Source: Sphaerodactylus townsendi
Lineage: Eukaryota
Direction of reading: 5' to 3'
Length of the DNA stretch: 64,000 nt
Assembly (NCBI RefSeq): GCF_021028975.2
Contig: NC_059427.1
Coordinates: 16,554,001-16,618,000 of the forward strand
Positions 25,342-38,205 of the stretch are shown here, piece by piece (position 1 is the first letter of the stretch; every line of letters begins with the position of its first letter). The notes beneath the pieces were generated by a model. It did no database searches. It saw only the letters and a program-made list of their open reading frames with translations, and was not told the DNA's origin. Position numbers and translations under genes: made by a program.

Positions 25342-25864
25342 CAGTGGTACCTCAGTTTTCGTCAGTTTCGGTTTTCGTTGACTTTTTCTGGGCAAAATTT
25401 GTCTCAGTTTTCGTCGATTGCCTCGGTTTTCGTCCTCAAAACCAAGAAAAAGTTTGCCCAGAAAAAGTCCACGAAAATTGAAACTGGCAAAAACCGAAGT
25501 CAATGATAATGAGGAAGCCCAGTCGGGAGACAGAGAGAGCTCCTTATTTGGGCAGTGACATCAGGGGGTCCTTCTGCCTCCCAGCTGGGCTTTCTCAAAC
25601 CCCAGCCAGCCTGGAGGCAGAGGGAGCTCCTTATTTGGGCAGTGACACCCCCTGATGTCACTGCCCAAATAAGGAGCTCCCTCTGCCTCCCGGCTGGGGT
25701 TTGAAGGAGCCAATTAATCCATTCGAGGCACTTTTTGGAGTGCCTCGAACGGATTAACTGGATTTACATTGATTCCTATGGGAAACGGTGCCTCAGTTTT
25801 CGTTGATTTCGGTTTTCCTCGATTCCTTTTGGATGAATTATCGACAAAAACCGAGGTACCACAA
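25342..25864. mobile_element. TcMar-Tigger-type MITE in POLR1H intron
   Basis: TA-CAGTGGTACCTC...GAGGTACCAC..-TA. Confidence 0.8.
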
Positions 25865-26104
25865 TAGAACTCTAGAGCAGAGCCAGAATCTTACTTTTTT
25901 CTCATGAAAACCTGACTGTGACTGCATTTTTCGGAACTGGTGGGGGGAAAGGATTACAAAAAGTTGGATGTCTTCCTCCTCCTTTGGTTGCTTAAAACAT
26001 CTGAATGCGCACATTCACCTTCAAACTTCTTAAACTAGCTTGGGAAGAGAAAATATAACTAGGGTCAATAAAACCTTTCAGCAGTGAGCTCACGGAGGAA
26101 GTGT

Positions 26105-26318
26105 ATGCGTAAAGTGCTATCAAGCTGCAGCCAACTTATGGCAACCCGGTAGGGTTTTCAAAGCAAGAGACTAACAGAAGTGATTTGCTATTGCCTTCCT
26201 TTGCACAGCAACCCTGGCATTCCTTGGTGGTCTCTCATCCAAGTACTAACCAGGGTCAGTTCTGCCCAGCTTCTGAGATCTGACAAGGTGAGGCTAGCCT
26301 GGGCCATCCAGGTCCGGG
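26105..26318 (-). mobile_element. 5S rRNA-derived SINE
   Basis: Minus strand GATCTCAGAAGCT...CCTGGTTAGTACTTGGATGAGAGACC (5S internal promoter) followed by a BovB-like tail. Confidence 0.8.
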
Positions 26319-27038
26319 TCACTGAGAAAGTACCCTCACTGTATTTGTGACACTTGTAAGATCTCTGCCGGACTGTGTTTGGAAAAAGAGGGACCATTTT
26401 TCAGCTCTGAGGAAAAACAGTGTTGGCCTAGTTCAGGTTGGCTGGCTTTTGTGTCAAATCATGCAGTTGATTTTCCCTTTCTCACAGCAGAACAGTGTAC
26501 AGTGCCGGCTGGCTGACCTCCGAGTTACTCCCACAAGCTGATTCTGGCTTCCTTGCTGGAAGCAATTTCAAACAAGTAAAACAAAACAAAAAGCCAGGAC
26601 AAATAATGCTCTGAACAAGATTTTTTAATCAGATGACCGTGCAGGTGTTTCGAAAACAAAGCAGAGAATGAAGTGGCAGTTCGCTTGAGGAGAGAAGTGA
26701 ACTTTCAGTTTGGAATTAGGCATGAGTGTCAGTACGGGAACAAAGGCAGAAGAAAGCAAAGCTTCCCCTTGAACCTGTTCCCATTTAAAGGCACACCTAT
26801 GCAGCCTCACTTGCTTTCTCCCTGCCTGGCCTGAACCTCTGGAGCTTACGGGCACCCCCCTTTCAAAAGAGGAGGATGAAGAAGGGAGAGAATAGCAGCA
26901 CAGGTTCCTTAATGGCCAAATTTTCAGCAGGTTATGATTCAGCAGAGAAAAACTGATTCATTTTGTAATGTGTGAGCAAGGCAAACAGGGTGTTCAAGTG
27001 GCAACCTATGGACCAACTGTTAGTGGATATTTCCTTAC

Positions 27039-27148
27039 TTGCAACGGGGACAGGTGTAGAAGACCGTCTGTCCTTCATCGGCTGACCTCATCTGCCGGGT
27101 ATGGTACACCATGCCTTCATGTCCACACTTGGGACAATTCCTGTCAAG
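27039..27148 (-). CDS. POLR1H: POLR1H/ZNRD1 coding exon 3 (TFIIS-like zinc ribbon)
   Basis: AG/GT bounded; [37 protein letters not shown]. Confidence 0.97.
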
Positions 27149-28858
27149 CTGAAAAAGACCAAGTGAAGCAAAGTGACCTAAAATGAGTGCTGGTGGGGCC
27201 AACTGCTCAGCTGCTGTGCCAAGTGAGAAACTGGGGACTTGTTCCTAGCAGTCTTTCCATTCCACTGTAGGGATATTCCAGGCATCCTGCAGACCCAGAT
27301 GAGCTCAGGGGCTAACTTATCCCCCAAGGAGAGACCCACAAACAGCACCCACGATTTTTCAGCAAGAAAACTACCACCACTCTAAATTCACCTCAATACA
27401 TCTGGTTTTCAATTTTCTCTTCCTGACCACAGCCACTACAAATGTGTATCTCAGGCAGAGAAACATGGCAAGGGAGGACCTAGTACCGACTTCCTGATAC
27501 TGTCACCCTTCTCATTTTAGCAATGCAAGGGACATCACCCCGGGCAGATTTGCCTCAGGAACATAAGGTGACTTAAATGGTAAGCCAGGTCACCTTCCCT
27601 GCAAGTAAGAACATTGTCTGCCATATACACCTCTGAAAGTTTAGAGTGTGTAAGGCAGTACTGGGGGACCCCCAAAGGGTCTAATAAGTGACAAAGCCTA
27701 ATGTCTGGCATTCCTGCTTGATAATAACAATGCTAGTCCACAGAACAAAACAAAGGCACCATTGTAGAACTACAGTTTTCTGTGCTGGTGGCTGCTAGGC
27801 AACTGTGGTGTTAAAGCTCTTTCTGGGGGCAGGATGTCTAGGGTGCAGTTGTTAAGAAACACAAAAACTTTGCCAGTCTCCCCCTTTAAACCTGCAGAAG
27901 AACCAAGAATCCCTCAGTTTCATGGCTTGTTGGAGTTACATTTTTCCAGTTCAGTTTTTGCTGCTGACATTCCAGAACAACCCAGCGTGGTACAATGGTT
28001 AAGGAGGTAGATTAGGATTAAATACCCAGAATTTTTATGCCAGTCATTTTCACTCAGCCTGTCCTACTTCATTAGGGGTGGGGGTTGTAAGGATAAATAA
28101 GAAACTCATAAGATCCTTGACAGACAGGATAGTTAGATGAATGATTTATTATGGTTTTGAGATATTTACAAGCTCAAAAGTTTTATTATGGTTTTGAGAT
28201 TTATTATGAGATTTATTTTTGAGATTTATTTAAAAGATTGATTATGGTTTTGAGATATTTACAAGCTCAAAAGTAAAAGATAGATGTTTTGCCACTTTTG
28301 AGTTTTTCCTTGGTTATGAAATGTTGTGATAAATTATGGTATGTTTATTATTGTTCAAGTTTAAAACATTCAAAGTTTGAAGTTCAAGGGTCAAATCTTG
28401 CCTTTGGGTATTAAAAAATGTTACCCTTATCTCCCATAGAGCACAAAGTATGATTAGAAGGAATTCAACACAGCAACCTTATTGAAACTAAAAACAGCAA
28501 CCTTATTGGATCTGTGGTTAGTGCCTGGCTGGAAATCCTAAGCGAGTCACTTGAGCTTCCATGAAGGAAAAAAAGTGTGACAGAAACACCACAAATCTCA
28601 CAAGAGAGGACCCAGCACCTGTTCTGAGGGCTCAAGAGTCACATGCAAAATCCTAAATCGAAGAATCGGATTGTAAATATCTCAAATCTACATCTATAGC
28701 CCAAACAGTTTACTTTTCAATGTAAGCTTCCACCTTCTGTCACAATGCTCAGCAACTACAAGTGAAGTGTACAGACTGTGAAAGAGTGGGAAAAGTCCGA
28801 AACGAGATGAACACCCCCAACAAGATGGTCACTCCTTTGAACTTCGCCCAGTACTCAC

Positions 28859-28959
28859 CAAAGGTCCCTTCATTTCTTTTCCTTCATCCACTTTCCTCTG
28901 AGATGTGGGATCTATCGTATTGAACATGACGGACGTGGAAATCATTCTCCCTTCAAATT
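28859..28959 (-). CDS. POLR1H: POLR1H/ZNRD1 coding exon 2 (linker)
   Basis: AG/GTGAGT bounded; (E)FEGRMISTSVMFNTIDPTSQRKVDEGKEMKGPL; phases compatible with neighbours. Confidence 0.93.
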
Positions 28960-29519
28960 CTATGCAGAAACAGCAACACATTAAGGCTAATCCAGAATAA
29001 AACAAATGAATTCAGGCATTTAAGTCCTGTTGCATCCCTAGCGTACTTTCCAAGCTGAGACCTAAAAGAAATTGCAGGGGAAACAGAGCACAGAGTAACT
29101 TCCACTTGATCTTGTCTTTCAACTCTCAGGAATTTAGGCAGGCCAACTTCTTCGCTCTCTCTATTTTCGTTCCACTCCACTGAACTGCCCCCAACACCCT
29201 GTGTTCCCAATAATTTGCTCAATAGAAGAGCACCCCTGCACCACTGTGGTTCAGCATTTCACAGTAGGATCTGGAGACCCAGGCTCAAATCCTCAGTCTT
29301 CCACAGAAACTCACTGGGTGAACTTGGGCTAGCTGACCTTTCTCAGCCTAACCTACCCAAAAGGGTTGCTGTTGAGAGGATAAAATGGAGGCAAAGAAAA
29401 CACTGCTGTAAGTCACTCTGGATCCCTGTTAGGGATAAAAGTGGGGTATAAATACCGAAATAAATAGACATGCCCAAGATTTTGTATATGCCTGAAAAAA
29501 CCCAGGGTCTACCCCATTT

Positions 29520-30150
29520 CATAGAATCATAGCATTGGAAGAGACCACAAGGGCCATTCAACCCCCTATCGTGCAGGAACACACAATCAAAGCACTCCTG
29601 AAAGATGGTCATCCCGCCGGTTTAAAAACCTCCAAAGAAGACGACTCCGCCACACTCTGAGGCAGTGTATTCCTCTGTCGAACAGCCCTTATTGTCAGCA
29701 AAATTCTTCCTAATGTTTCGGTGGAATCTCGGGGGCAGCAGAAAACAAGCTTGCTCCATCTTTAACATGACACCCTTTCAAATATTTAAACACAACTATC
29801 ATGTCACCCCTTAACCTTCTCTTCTCCAAACGAAACGTACTTAGCTCCCTAAGCCGCTCCTCACAGGGCATGGAATTTAGACCTTTAACCATTTTGGTTG
29901 CCCTCCTCTGGACATGCTCTAGCTCTGTGGTGGCGAACCTTTGGCACTCCAGATGTTATGGACTACAATTCCCATCAGCCCTGCCAGCATGACCAATTGG
30001 CAGGGACTGATGGGAATTGTAGTCCATAACATCTGGAGTGCCAAAGGTTCGCCACCACTGCCTAGCTTGTCCAAATCCTTCTTGAATTGTAGTGCCCAGA
30101 ACTGGGCACAGTATTCCAGGTGAGGTCTGACCAGTGTAGCATAGAGTGAT
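29520..30150 (-). mobile_element. CR1 3' fragment with nested palindromic hAT MITE (~29925-30060)
   Basis: [32 protein letters not shown]1 motif; CATAGAATCATAG tail; MITE TIR GTGGTGGCGAACCTTTGG. Confidence 0.85.
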
Positions 30151-30294
30151 AGCTAGAGTGTTAACTAGAATAATCATAACAAACATTTAATGTTGGAAGG
30201 GGCTGATCTAACCTGAAGAAAGTTGTGCCTTGACTACAGTCCCTGTCTGCCTAAAAGCTCAAGTAAATTGTCCAGAAAAGCCCCAAACACTCAC

Positions 30295-30424
30295 CGTGTA
30301 CATCAATGGAGAAGGAACAACAGAGACACGTCACTTTATCTTGGATCCCAGGCAAAGGCAGGACTGTACCACATTCAGGGCAGAAATCAAATTCAGACTG
30401 AAAGCAAGAGATACTCTGCTCCAT
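30295..30424 (-). CDS. POLR1H: POLR1H/ZNRD1 coding exon 1 (N-terminal zinc ribbon); spliced CDS 366 nt, 121 aa
   Basis: MEQSISCFQSEFDFCPECGTVLPLPGIQDKVTCLCCSFSIDVH; donor GTGAGT; acceptor at 30446-30447 upstream of ATG; 130+101+110+25=366 nt. Confidence 0.96.
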
Positions 30425-32043
30425 AATTACAACAGTGATCAGATACTGCAACAAAAGAATAAACAGAAGCACAATTATACAATTGAAGTCAGTTGTGGAG
30501 AAATCACTTTACGTTGCTATAGGAGTGACAGTACTGGGACCTGCATCTGATGTATTATTGCTCTTGAATCTTTTTCAGTTCCTCTTGTTCTTCATTAATT
30601 CTTCATACCATCACAACTACTAGAAGATACCAACCCATGTTCAAACTGCAAACTGATTTTTCAGGGACATCATCCTAGCAAGCATTATTAGGAAGTACAA
30701 TCAAGATCAACCAACAGAGTGAGGTTACAAAGCATGGCAAGCCAAAGCAGGCCCGCAAACTGAGAACCTGGAATCCAACATAATCCTCTTCTCTTGTCAT
30801 ACAACATGCCATAACTGGATCCTGACAGTGGCAGAAGGTCTGAGGTTCAGTCACTGACTGGCCCCTCTGGTTTAAAAGGATCAAAAACCAGGTGACGTGG
30901 AAGACATCTAGCTAGACCTTCAGTAAGCTGTTGCCCACCAGAGCAGACAATTATTTACCCTGATATACCAGACAGACTTAGTGTAAGGCAGCATTGTGTT
31001 AACAGTTTTTACTATTTTTTTCAGAAACATTAAATAACCTTCCAGTCACTCTCCAGTTCAATCCAACACCACAATTCTATATTGTACACTTAGCTGGACT
31101 GAGCATGCTGTGGCTATCATACTGACACTTAATCCAGAAAAGGTGTCTGGTGGAATCAGGTATACAAAATGATAACTAACTCACTGCTGGATTTGATATA
31201 GTTTGCATCTTCAGCAATCATTCCAAGTAGGGTTGGCTAACTGAAATTATGCTCTGAACAAATCTCAGATTGTTTTCGTTGTACTGGAACAGCAACTTTG
31301 CTGGTAAAGTTACATATTATTATGCATTTCTGAGGGCCTCAACTACAGCTTTAAGGTCCCTTCCACACGGGCAGAATAAAGCACTTTCAATGCATTTTCA
31401 CAATTGTTTGCAAGTGGATTTTGCTATTCTGCACAGTAAAATCCAGTTGCAAAGTGCACTGAAAGTACATTATTCTGCATGTGCAGAAAGGGCCCATCAT
31501 ACAACATCACATTGTAGCAGCCCCAATTGTTGCAAGAAGGCAAACAGACTTGTTCCAAGTGGGGCAGCGATTTTTCAACCAATCCCTCTCAAAGCTCCCC
31601 GCAGCGGCTGTAGGCAGCTCTTCCTATCCTCTCAGCGGGAAAGGAGCCAGAGCCACAAGACAGAGTATTGGCACATTTCAGGATTGAGCACAAACATTTC
31701 TGCAAGCGGAGCTTCTTCCACCACACTGCAGCCTTGCCCTCCCCCAGTAATGCCTCCTATGCAGTACACGCAGTGCGATCCTATGCAGTACAAGCAGTGT
31801 CTACACTGAGATGAAACAGAACTTTGCCCTCTAAGGATTCCAAACATTGCAGCTTTCCAGGCAAACAAGACTTCGAGCCTGAACTAAATTTAACAGCCGC
31901 AACAACCCCATACACTTTCCTCCCATCCTCTTACCCGTTTGCTTCCCAACTCCAACAGTAAACCCACGTGTGCTTTGATACGATGCTTCCTCACTCCTTG
32001 GAGAGACAAGCCGTGGTGGAGCAGGAGGACAGAGCGACCTCAC

Positions 32044-32260
32044 GAGCCACAGGAAAAAGGAAGAGGAAAGAGAATGGCTCCCGTCTGAGAAACACTCCGC
32101 CGGCGTGAAATCCGAGTCCAGATGTTCCTATCCAGCGTAGTCTGAGACTATTAAAGCTTCTGTCCTTTTATATGCGCATCTAAAAATAAACTAATTGAAT
32201 AAACGAGCTTCCCTTTTGAGCAAACATGCCTAAAGTCGAACTGCGATATCACTCGTATTT
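32044..32260 (-). promoter_or_regulatory. Probable POLR1H non-coding first exon and promoter
   Basis: Local CpG enrichment, TGCGCA (NRF1-like) at ~32173, minus-strand donor CTC|GTGAGG at 32043; coding exon 1 has an acceptor and so needs an upstream exon. Confidence 0.45.
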
Positions 32261-33355
32261 CTACTTATTTTACTGGACTTCTCTATTATTTTGCTACTAG
32301 ATGCTAACACTGCTACTCTTCTGGTATTATTCATATAGTATTTTTTATTATTTTGGTCCTCCTCCAAAGAGCTCAGGGTGGCATTCATTGGTCTTTCCTT
32401 CTCCACTTTATCCTCATAAAACCTTTTAAGGGTGATTTAGGCTGAGATAAAGTGATTAAGCCAAAGTTTCCCAGTAAACTATTTGGCAAGGAGTTTCTGC
32501 ATATCACTCTTCCCAAGAGGCACAGTTGCTTGAAGTAACAACTTTCTTTGGGAAAAGTCTCAGTTTTCTTGACAATTCCTGCATAAGCGACTGGCTACAT
32601 TCCTGTAAAAATGTTTGTTCTGCATTAAAAGTTTGGGTACAAGATAGATATGTTTAATATATTGAATTACAAGAATGTGAGTCTACATACAATGCGCAAT
32701 AGCCAAGACCTCTTATCTGTTCCCCATCCAGCAGTGCATGCTTTCTCTTAGCGTTCAGATCCCACTTCCTATGCAATCTTCGCTTAAATGTTTTCAGTGG
32801 AATTTCCTAACAAGCAGACACTTCTAGCCTTAGTTCTCAAGAAATTTCACAGTCAAAGCAAACAGGCATCTTGGTGCCATCAAGGAACACAAATAAAATA
32901 GCTCAAAACTTGGTTGTATTCTTCACAGGGTGAGAACTATCAAAGCCAACAGTTGCAATCACCAGCATCTCCTTGCAGGTCACAGTGATATTATCTTCTC
33001 TGTGGATAAGACGGTCCAGTTGTGAGTCACTGCTATGGCACAACAATAGTATAGTATCAAAGGACCACCTGAGCCCACCCTACCATCTTCCAAAAGAATT
33101 CTGTTGACTTGTCAGCTGAGATAGAGGAGTTTGAATATGGGGTTGGGGGGTTGGTTGCTTTGTCTTTCTGGGTGCTCATGAAAGAGTAGGACAAAGCATT
33201 TGGCTATGCCTGCTTCTGCTATATAACAAGCCTATACATCAAAAATGCATGTGTGTGTGTGTTATAATGGAGTATAGATGTACATCTGTTATAAAACGGA
33301 TGTACTAATAACATGTAGATGTAAGTGGGAGGAAAAAATAAAGTAGGATAATTTA

Positions 33356-33479
33356 CTGTATTGTCGAAGGCTTTCACGGCCGGATTCAACTGGTTGTGGT
33401 GGGTTTTCCGGGCTGTGTGGCCATGGTGTGGTAGATCTGCCAGACCACGGCCACACAGCCTGGAAAATCCACCACAACC
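33356..33479. mobile_element. Short palindromic Penelope-like insertion
   Basis: Internal inverted repeat; 14-bp direct repeat AGTAGGATAATTTA at 33342-33355 and 33480-33493. Confidence 0.75.
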
Positions 33480-34142
33480 AGTAGGATAATTTAGTTTTAT
33501 TTTAAGCCAGACTTAGTTTATCTGTGGTTCATATGTGTATTCACATTCTGATGTCATTTATTTACAGACTGGATGCCATAGTAGCATGTTGTGAATGGTG
33601 CATTCCAACACAACACTGAGATTACAACATATTATATGATAAGCGTTGATGCAAAATAGGCTTGGCTATCAGGATAATTTTTCCAGGGAAGCAAGCCAAG
33701 CCTTCATTCATTTATCCTCCCTGAAGAAACTGTTTGGGAAACTTATGGACACATTTGGTTGGAGTGATTATGTGTTCTTGCTAGCGCATTTTTGCTTGTA
33801 ATAATATGCTACTGTGCAATGTTAAGGTTTGAAAATGATTGCACTGTGATTTGCACTTTAAAATTGCAAGGGACTATTATCCCAGTTGTAATAGTGCATT
33901 GCAGAGAATTTGTTCCCCAGTTGAAGACTTGTAAATGCTCATTGTTAAGGTTTTTGTTTCCCCCCTAACCCTGCATGAAATTCTCATAAGTTATAATTTA
34001 CTTTCAACATGCTGTGTTGTACATAGGCTTCTCTACTGCATGTTATCTTGTGTTTGATATGTTTTCGTGATGAAGCCTGGTGAGCCGACAGTTGCATTAA
34101 ACTCTTAATTAACTTTGATGAAGGTTCTCATGGTTGTAATTG

Positions 34143-34600
34143 TGTTACTGCGCTACCAGGGTAACTTTAATGCTTTCAGTGTAATTTCAGCTCTCGTAGC
34201 GCGGAGGAACAGAAATCTGGACCCAACACAGCGAGTATAGTAAGCAATGAAAGATTCTTTATTGCGATGCTGACCTAAATGTCAGCACCTTCGTTCCATG
34301 GCAACTGTGCTGCCTAGCAGCTTTACAAGGCATTTTAAACACTTTCTCCGCCAGGAAAATCAGGAGAACACGCTACAACCCACCACCATTCATTAACAAA
34401 AAGAAGAACCAATCACATTCCAGAGGGCAGTCCCTTCTTGAATTTCGCGGTGGATTCAGAGTGAGGCGCTGACGTAGGCACAGTCAAATCCAAGGTGGGA
34501 AAAACACAGAGGACTTACTGGGTGATAAGATCAGGAAACGAAACCTAAGGGTGCAGCACCCGTTATCTGCTAGGTGATGAGATTAAGGCAGGCTGATGTC
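34143..34600 (-). mobile_element. Truncated LTR related to 1883-2953
   Basis: Starts TGTTACTGCG...GGTAAC...TTTCAGCTC like the 1883 LTR; right end not found; abuts OR fragment. Confidence 0.5.
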
Positions 34601-34602
34601 CA

Positions 34603-34941
34603 TCTTCAGTCAATGAGGCTGAGCTCTTTGCTATTAGTGTAGTCTTCCCTTTAGAACCGGTTTGGCTCATCATAGCCTCATATGGCCACATCACAGTTGG
34701 TACACTGAGGATTTTCTCACAAGGCTTCAACACCTGTACCTCCCATGCGACCATGGTGTCACTCTTCTGTGGCCCAGCCCTTTTTAGTTGTCTCCAGCCT
34801 CCTTCTAGGTATTCCCGTGACCAAGGCAAAATAGTGTCCCTGTTCTATACCTTGACTGTTCCTATGCTTAACCCATTAATCTATACACTGGGTAACAAAG
34901 AAGCCCATAAAGCTCTAATGGGCAGTGAACAAACAGTTTAA
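34603..34941 (+). pseudogene. Olfactory receptor pseudogene, 3' portion only (TM5-TM7)
   Basis: SSVNEAELF...SYGHI...FNTCTSH...QPPSRYSRDQGKIVSLFYTLTVPMLNPLIYTLGNKE; internal deletion; 5' half missing. Confidence 0.9.
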
Positions 34942-35800
34942 CGTAGTGACTCTCAGATTCATGTGAAGAATCAACAGCATCTTTCACTAAATTATTATAA
35001 TTACAATTATTTAGACCTCACCTTCTCAGATTAATTACCCACAAAACTTACATTAAAATAAACATATGCTAAAATCATTATTTCTGAGTGTCAAATATGA
35101 CGTTGGAGTGTCCTCTGGAGCCTTACCTGTGATAAAGCTGTTTTAAGCTGCTTTTAACTTGTTTTTAAGTTGTTTTCTAAGCTGTTTTTAATGTGTCTGA
35201 GCACTCTGAGCAGCTAAAGATAAAATAAAAACTATCAACAATCCTCTAATTAATTCTGAGGATTTCTGTTCCTGCTGTCTGAAATCCTCCAAACCAATTA
35301 GCTAAGAAATCCTGGCACTTAGAGTAAGGAGTAAAGAAAACTCTGGGTGATTGATGGGGGCATTTTAACCTGCAGGGGCTACTCCATCAGAAAGAGGAAA
35401 GAGAACAGAAATATTTCTGGAAACTGTCCGAGGTTTCCTAAAGAAAAAGGTTGGTCTCTTCTAGATAAATAACATCTTTCATTTATGCAGTTGGGCAGCT
35501 CGATGAAAAAAGGAAGATGAAATTGTATAAGCATGGGAGAAAACAGAGGACATTTCTCCTCTAGTGTCTAAGCCAGGAGTCTGCAACCTGTGGCTCTCCA
35601 GATGTTCATGAACTACAATTCCGATCAGCCCCTGCCAGCATGGCCAATTGGCATGTAGAATTGTAGTTCATGGCCAATTGGCCATGCTGGCAGGGGCTGA
35701 TGAGAATTGTAGTTCATGAACATCTGGAGAGCCGCAGGTTGCAGATCCCTGGTCTAAGTAATCTAAGATTAGAGACTACTTCTTTTCAAAAAAATGATCC

Positions 35801-36253
35801 TGTAGTCATGCCCGCGTTGCCCCAAGGAAGAGACGACACGCGGGGATTTCATCTGGTGGAGAGAGCCAGCGAGCAGGAGCGCGGGATCCCGTGGACATGG
35901 CGACTCTGCCTTGTGCTAGCCTCTGGCTCCTTTTATTAGGGTTTACAAGAGGGGGGGAAATGTGGGCGGACCGGGAGGCAGGAGAGCGGGAGATCATCAT
36001 GTGATGCATGATCTCATCGGGCTGTTACGTGCAGGAGGAAGCGTCCGTGTCTGGGTCTAATCCACACCTGGAGGCAAGGGCTCCATTGTCCCTTTGTCTG
36101 GGATACCTGGTGGCTGTGAGCCAGGTAGTTCATGACCTGTGACTCACTGGGGGGTGGGGGATGGGGGAGCGGGTGCGACCAGAAGGCCGTAGTTGGGCCG
36201 GCATGCCAAGCACTCTGCCTACGGTTCTGCTGGGTCAGCGGCTCAACCCTACA
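35801..36253 (-). mobile_element. Solo LTR, same family as 396-876
   Basis: TGTAG...CTACA, perfect 5-bp TSD GATCC (35796-35800, 36254-36258). Confidence 0.9.
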
Positions 36254-37421
36254 GATCCATCTTTCCATGTCCCAGTCTCTAACTACTATGCACCCTTGGC
36301 TGAGTCTCCAGAAGACTGACTAGGAATATTCCTCCGGAGAGTACCTCTGCTGAAATTGGAGATCAAACTCCCCCACTGGGTGAGGGGAAAAAATTGGAGT
36401 AACAAGTAAAGTTCCAACAGATTTGTTTGCTTTGACTGCAAAAACATTTACATCATTTACAGAGATCGTTAAGGGATGTTTTGTGGATATATCTAGAGGA
36501 ATCTCTGAACTAAACAAAAACATAGCCCTTACCAAAGCCTCTGACCTGCCCAGAATGAACATCACCTAATCCAAGGCATGAAACAGCAATTTTTATAATA
36601 GACAAGCGTACTGAGAAATGACATAGTTGTGAAGTGAAGGGAAGTTTTTATTAGTTTGGCAGCCTCATATGAGTTGCCAGCAATATGTAAATCTGTTTTC
36701 TTGGGGAATGAATAGTTGATTAGGAAACAACTGAGATAATTATTTGGTAATCGATACGAACATGCAAATTTGGAACCAGTGGAGATCTTAAACAATTTTA
36801 ATCAAACTCTCAGTTTTAAAAAATCACATTACATAGTTTCAATAATAATTCATGAAAAATTACAAAATATAAAAAGTTACAGTACAAATCTTAACAGGTA
36901 AGTTTCCTTCTTCTTCTGATAGACTTCTCCTCCGGACCTACTTATGCAGTCTAATGGTCAGGCACAACATAGCTTGGCTAACCCCTTAATAACACCCCTG
37001 CTTGGATACAAATTTTACGTTCTCAGAGAATTACATTTAACTAGATTTCTATACTCCAATTAGTTCAAATTAGTTCAAATTTTGCTCAACTCCCTTTACA
37101 TACATTATTCCCCCCACCCCACCCCGGGGAAGACAAATACTTCCTTAGAGCCTGAGAATGTCTCTGTAATTCCATTATTTGAAATATAAAATATCTAAGT
37201 TAATAATGAAAGTACACTTCATAAAGAAAGAAAGAGAATAGATCATACCTATTTCCCCTACCTTCCTTATATATAATCTAAACACACACCCAAGCTTGTG
37301 AAATGAACCATCCAACCAATGAACCATCCAAGCAATGTGAAATGAACAGTAAAATAATTTGTGCACCAAAAAAAGTTATAGATGTGATAACTGACAAGGT
37401 TTTTAATTGAAAGATAATAAG

Positions 37422-38140
37422 AATAAGAACATAAGAACAAACCAGCTGGATCAGACCAGAGTCCATCTAGTTCAGCTCTCTGCTACTCGCAGTGGCCCAC
37501 CAGGTGCCTTTGGGATCTCACATGCAGGATGTGAAAGCAATGGCCTTCTGCGGCTGTTGCTCCTGAGCACCTGGTCTGTTAAGGCATTTGCAATCTCAGA
37601 TCAAGATTGGTAGCCATAGATCGACTTCTCCTCCATAAATCTGTCCAAGCCCTTTTTAAAGCTATCCAGGTTAGTGGCCATCACCACCTCCTGTGGCAGC
37701 ATATTCCAAACACCAATCACACGTTGTGTGAAAAAATGTTTCCTTTTATTAGTCCTAATTCTTCCCCCCAGCATTTTCAATGGATGCCCCCTGGTTCTAG
37801 TATCGTCAGAAAGAGATAAAAATTTCTCTCTGTCAACATTTTCTACCCCATGCATAATTTTATGGACTTCAGTCAAATCCCCCCTCAGACGTCTCCTCTC
37901 CAAACTAAAGAGTCCTAAATGCTGCAGCCTCTCCTCATAGGGAAGGTGCTCCATTCCCTCAATCATCCTCGTTACCCTTCTCTGCACTTTTTCTATTTCT
38001 TCGATATCCTTTTTGAGATGTGTCGACCAGAACTGAACACAGTACTCCAAGTGCGGTCACATCACTGCTTTATATAAGGGCGTGACAATATTTGCAGTTT
38101 TATTATCAATTCCTTTCCTAATTATCCCCAGCATAGAGTT
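37422..38140 (-). mobile_element. CR1 LINE 3' fragment (relatively young)
   Basis: Open frame 37601-38050 LEYCVQFWSTHLKKDIEEIEKVQRR...; ATAAGAAC tail repeats. Confidence 0.9.
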
Positions 38141-38205
38141 TGGTACAGCCTCTGAAAGAATTTGGGGGCGAGGTGACATAATGGTACAGTGGGGGTGACA
38201 TTTGT

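Noticed and set aside
26200-26318. 5S rRNA gene
   Set aside because: Diverged and fused to a LINE-like tail; a 5S-derived SINE
26750-26862. Possible further UBL fragment (GVPVSS...FKWEQVQGEALLSS) in POLR1H intron 3
   Set aside because: Spacing between the motifs is ~13 aa too long; likely chance
31632-31868. Cys-rich ORF (CRHCLYCIGSHCVYCIGG)
   Set aside because: Arises from a short tandem duplication in the presumptive POLR1H intron; no supporting exon structure
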